Below, in pieces: positions 60,991 to 64,000 of a stretch of DNA of 64,000 nt. Under the pieces are notes generated by a model, which was not told the DNA's origin, searched no databases, and saw nothing but the letters and a program-made list of their open reading frames with translations. Numbering within the stretch: the first letter of the stretch is position 1; each line of letters starts with the position of its first letter. The position numbers were made by a program, and so were the translations under genes. Source of the stretch: Octopus sinensis (lineage: Eukaryota); the NCBI RefSeq assembly GCF_006345805.1, contig NC_043010.1, positions 66,526,001-66,590,000 on the forward strand, read 5' to 3'.

Positions 60991-62334
60991 TCAGACAGGG
61001 CCCGACGAAAGGCGTGTTTCAGGACTCTGTTCCCCCCCCCCAAGAACAAGTGGATGAAGAAGATGTGATGAAAAGCACTAAAGCAATGGTTGAGGGTCCT
61101 TCCAAGTAAAATAGAAGTCCAAGGGGCTCATACACTAGCATAGCTTGAGTGTGTGCCGCCCCTATAAAAATGCCATCCGGGATGCCCCCCTCTCCAGCTA
61201 CGATAGTAGGCCCATAAGTAAAAAAATTGTTAAGAAACACTGCACTAGAGTGTTGGACAAAATGCCATGTGGTATTTAGTTAAGAATTTGGAATTCAAGT
61301 CCCGCTGGCGTCAACTTTGCCGTTCGTCCTTCCGACGTAAATTAAAGTACGATCAACTTCGCCTAAGGTCATTGACAGTTTCTTGAGACGTGCGACATAA
61401 AATGAAACGACGTAAAGCGAAACTGATTTTACAAGACGATCAACGAAAGAAAACAGTGTTGCGGTGGTGGTGAACAAACACAGAGACACACATACGTAGA
61501 TATATACATATATATGAAGGTCTTCTTTCAGTTTCCGTCTACCAAATTCACTCACAAGGCTTTGGTCGGGCCGAGGCTATAGTAGAACACACTTGCCCAA
61601 GGTGCCACACAGTGGGACAGAACCCAGAACCGTGCTTCTTACCACACAGCCACACCTGCACCTGTTAGTTGAATTAACACGAAAGATATTTTTATCGTAA
61701 TGTCTCTTTTTCTTCTTTGTAGCTCTGTTCTTCCTCTACAACTTTTGTTTAGCGTTTTTGAAATTTGGATAAATTTTATATCTTTTCAGACATAGAGACA
61801 ATGGAATGTCAAGTAGAAGAAAAAAAAAAACCCAATTTATCTAACAACCCTATATTTTAGCCGATGTTCGTAAAACGAAAGATATTTAAAAACAAAACAA
61901 AACCAATAATAAGTATTATAATCCATCATTTTTCGTTCCTTTGTTGGCTTAACATTTTTTTTGCTGGATTGCAAACGCAACAAGTTACAAAAGAAAGGAA
62001 ACCAAACTAAAATTCATTTTGAATGGTGTTCACTTGGCGAAATTTTATTTTCGTTTTATATTGTTTTATATCGACATCAAACGAAATGTCGTTAAGTGAG
62101 GACTGCTTGTATTAATTTATTTTGAATTAATTGACTGTAACTAATTTCTCAATCTGAGAAATGCCAGTCAATCCCAACTCTCCACCGTTCCCAAAATATT
62201 AGGGTAAACTTGTTGCTGCTCGCAGGCGTTGAAGTGGGTCTGTGACCAGGTCGCAGTTGGTGCGACGAAAATTTGACACCAAATAAATGTTTAAGTGTAG
62301 CTGACAGTATTTGTTTATTATTGGATGGCTGATA

Positions 62335-62570
62335 AGGCGGCGAGCTGGCAGAAACGTTAGCACGCCGGGCGAAATGCCTCGCGGTATTTCGTCTGCCGCT
62401 ACGGTCTGAGTTCAAATTCCGTCGATGTCGACTTTGCCTTTCATCCTTTTGGGATCGATAAATTAAGTACCAGTTACGCGCTGGGGTCGATGTAATCGAC
62501 TTCATCCCTTTGTCTGTCCTTGTTTGTCCCCTCTATGTTTAGCCTCTTGCGGGCAATAAAGAAATAAGAA
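62335..62570 (+). mobile_element. tRNA-derived SINE family B with a Meta-domain-like core; other copies at 1887-2105, 6436-6650, 26126-26360 and 48316-48538, plus many decayed ones
   Basis: GGCGAGCTGGCAGAA...GAGTTCAAATTCC head; central GCCTTTCATCCTTTCGGGGTCGATAAATTAAGTACCAG resembles the recalled MetaSINE domain; AATAAAGAAATAAGAA tail. Confidence 0.8.
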
Positions 62571-63449
62571 TCGTCAGCACGCCGGGCGAAATACTTAGTG
62601 GTATTTCGTTTGTTTTTACGTTCTGAGTTCAAATTCCTTTCGGGGTCGATGAATTAAGTACCAGTTGCATACTGGAGGCGATCTAATCGACTGCCCTTCC
62701 CCCAAAATTTCGGTGCTTGTATTTAGAGTAGAAAAGATTATTGAATGGCTAATATGTCTTCCACTCTGTAATCATTTCAGTTTAAACACACGTTCTCCGA
62801 AAAATTGCTAGACAAATACATCTCCCTAATAAAGTTTGCTCTCATTTGCTTTCATCATGGTGATAGGCAAGTTTAAGAAGTTCGAAACCACTTTTTTATT
62901 AAAAGTGCCAACTTGTCGGCATTTTCTATTTTCAATCCGCATAGTCCCCGCAACCCCTACTGTGTAGTATACCAATCTCAAAATTTCACTATGTTAGAAA
63001 TCAAAATTAGTCCTTTGCGTTCTGAGTTCAAATCCTGTTAAGATCAACGTCGCTTTTTATCTTCTGGGGTCGAGAGTCAGTTAAAGTTTGAGGATGGCTT
63101 TAATTAACTAATCGCTTCTCCTTTAGATCATGATGCCTATCATTTAAAATTTGACATGGTCACCGGATTGGCAGAGTCGTTACAGCATCGGGCAAAAATA
63201 CTTTACTGTATTTGAGCCGGTTCCTTATGTTACGAGTTCAAATCTCCCTATGGTCAGTTTTTGTCTTTTATTCCTTCGAGCTCAACAAAGGATTAGTTAA
63301 GTAATAGAGAATCAATGTAAACAACTAACTCTCCCTCTGCTTAAAATTGCAGGGCTTTGTGATTGTCTTAGAAGCAATTACTTTATAAGAGATATTTCGT
63401 TTTTGGATTTGGTTTGCAAGATTCTTTATGTGAGTTCGTGTGTTGAAGC

Positions 63450-63736
63450 ATATTCTGTTGTGTCTGGGGAGAGTAATTTTTTTCATGTGCCTTATAATTT
63501 AATACATTCACCGGTAAAATTTCCATTTTTTTTTTTCCCTTATTTTTATTTTCCTAAAATTTTCGTTGCATCTTGCAACCTTTTCAATCGAGAGTCAAGA
63601 CTATTGAAAAGGTTGCAAGGCGCAACGAAAATATTAGGAAAATAAAAATAAGGAAAAAGTAGAAATTTTTACCGGTGAGTGTGTTAAATTATAAGGCACA
63701 TGAAAAAAATGACTCTCCCCAGACACAACAGAATAT
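63450..63736. repeat. Fold-back element with ~135-bp inverted arms and a 14-nt spacer
   Basis: 63450-63588 pairs with 63603-63736 with scattered mismatches and indels. Confidence 0.85.
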
Positions 63737-63804
63737 AAGAGATAGAAAATGAAAAAGATTTTTACGAAACTACGCAAGTATTCTCAAGTTATATCAATCA
63801 TTAA

Positions 63805-64000
63805 AGGCATTTGATTAGTTTCCACTTTTGTACTTGCTGACTGACAGCTCGGTTAGTTGGTACTTTCGCAGTTGCTGACTGATGGCTCGATTAGTTTCTA
63901 CTTTTTGTATTTACCGACTGATGGCTCGATTAGCTTCTACTTTTGTATTTACCGACTGATGGCTCGATTAGTTGGTACTTTTGTATTTACCGAGTGATGG
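63805..64000. repeat. ~38-bp minisatellite running off the window end
   Basis: TTTTGTATTTACCGACTGATGGCTCGATTAGTTTCTAC-like units in tandem, no spacers. Confidence 0.85.

Overview
AT-rich, repeat-dense animal genomic DNA. The SINE/RTE repeat landscape, heavy microsatellite load and single-exon TGEKP-type C2H2 gene point to an octopus-like cephalopod (inference). Three protein-coding genes were rebuilt by hand with frame-consistent GT-AG exons. (1) The last four coding exons of a CTIF-like MIF4G gene (+, 1595-10165). (2) A complete 8-exon Abraxas/ABRO1-family MPN- gene (-, 31797-16191, 616 aa), convergent with the first. (3) A C2H2 zinc-finger gene (+, 46522-47469, 8 intact fingers), followed by a dead 5' relic of a paralog. 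The rest is SINEs, RTE LINE 3' fragments, two non-autonomous Helitrons, decayed Tc1/mariner, hAT and Merlin (IS1595-like) transposase pieces, MITEs, two tRNA-Asp pseudogenes and fold-back repeats. The standout is a ~1 kb element at 38076-39062: a 360-nt monomer in partial-tandem plus inverted arrangement. It carries three intact minimal type I hammerhead ribozyme motifs and looks like a Penelope-type retrozyme able to release a 360-nt (circularisable) RNA. Further hammerhead-like relics occur in unrelated repeats. Two of them, in fold-back elements, swap the core 3-8 pair (G3-C8 at 34.7 kb, U3-A8 at 63.6 kb). All assignments are by eye and from memory of the families; no searches were run.
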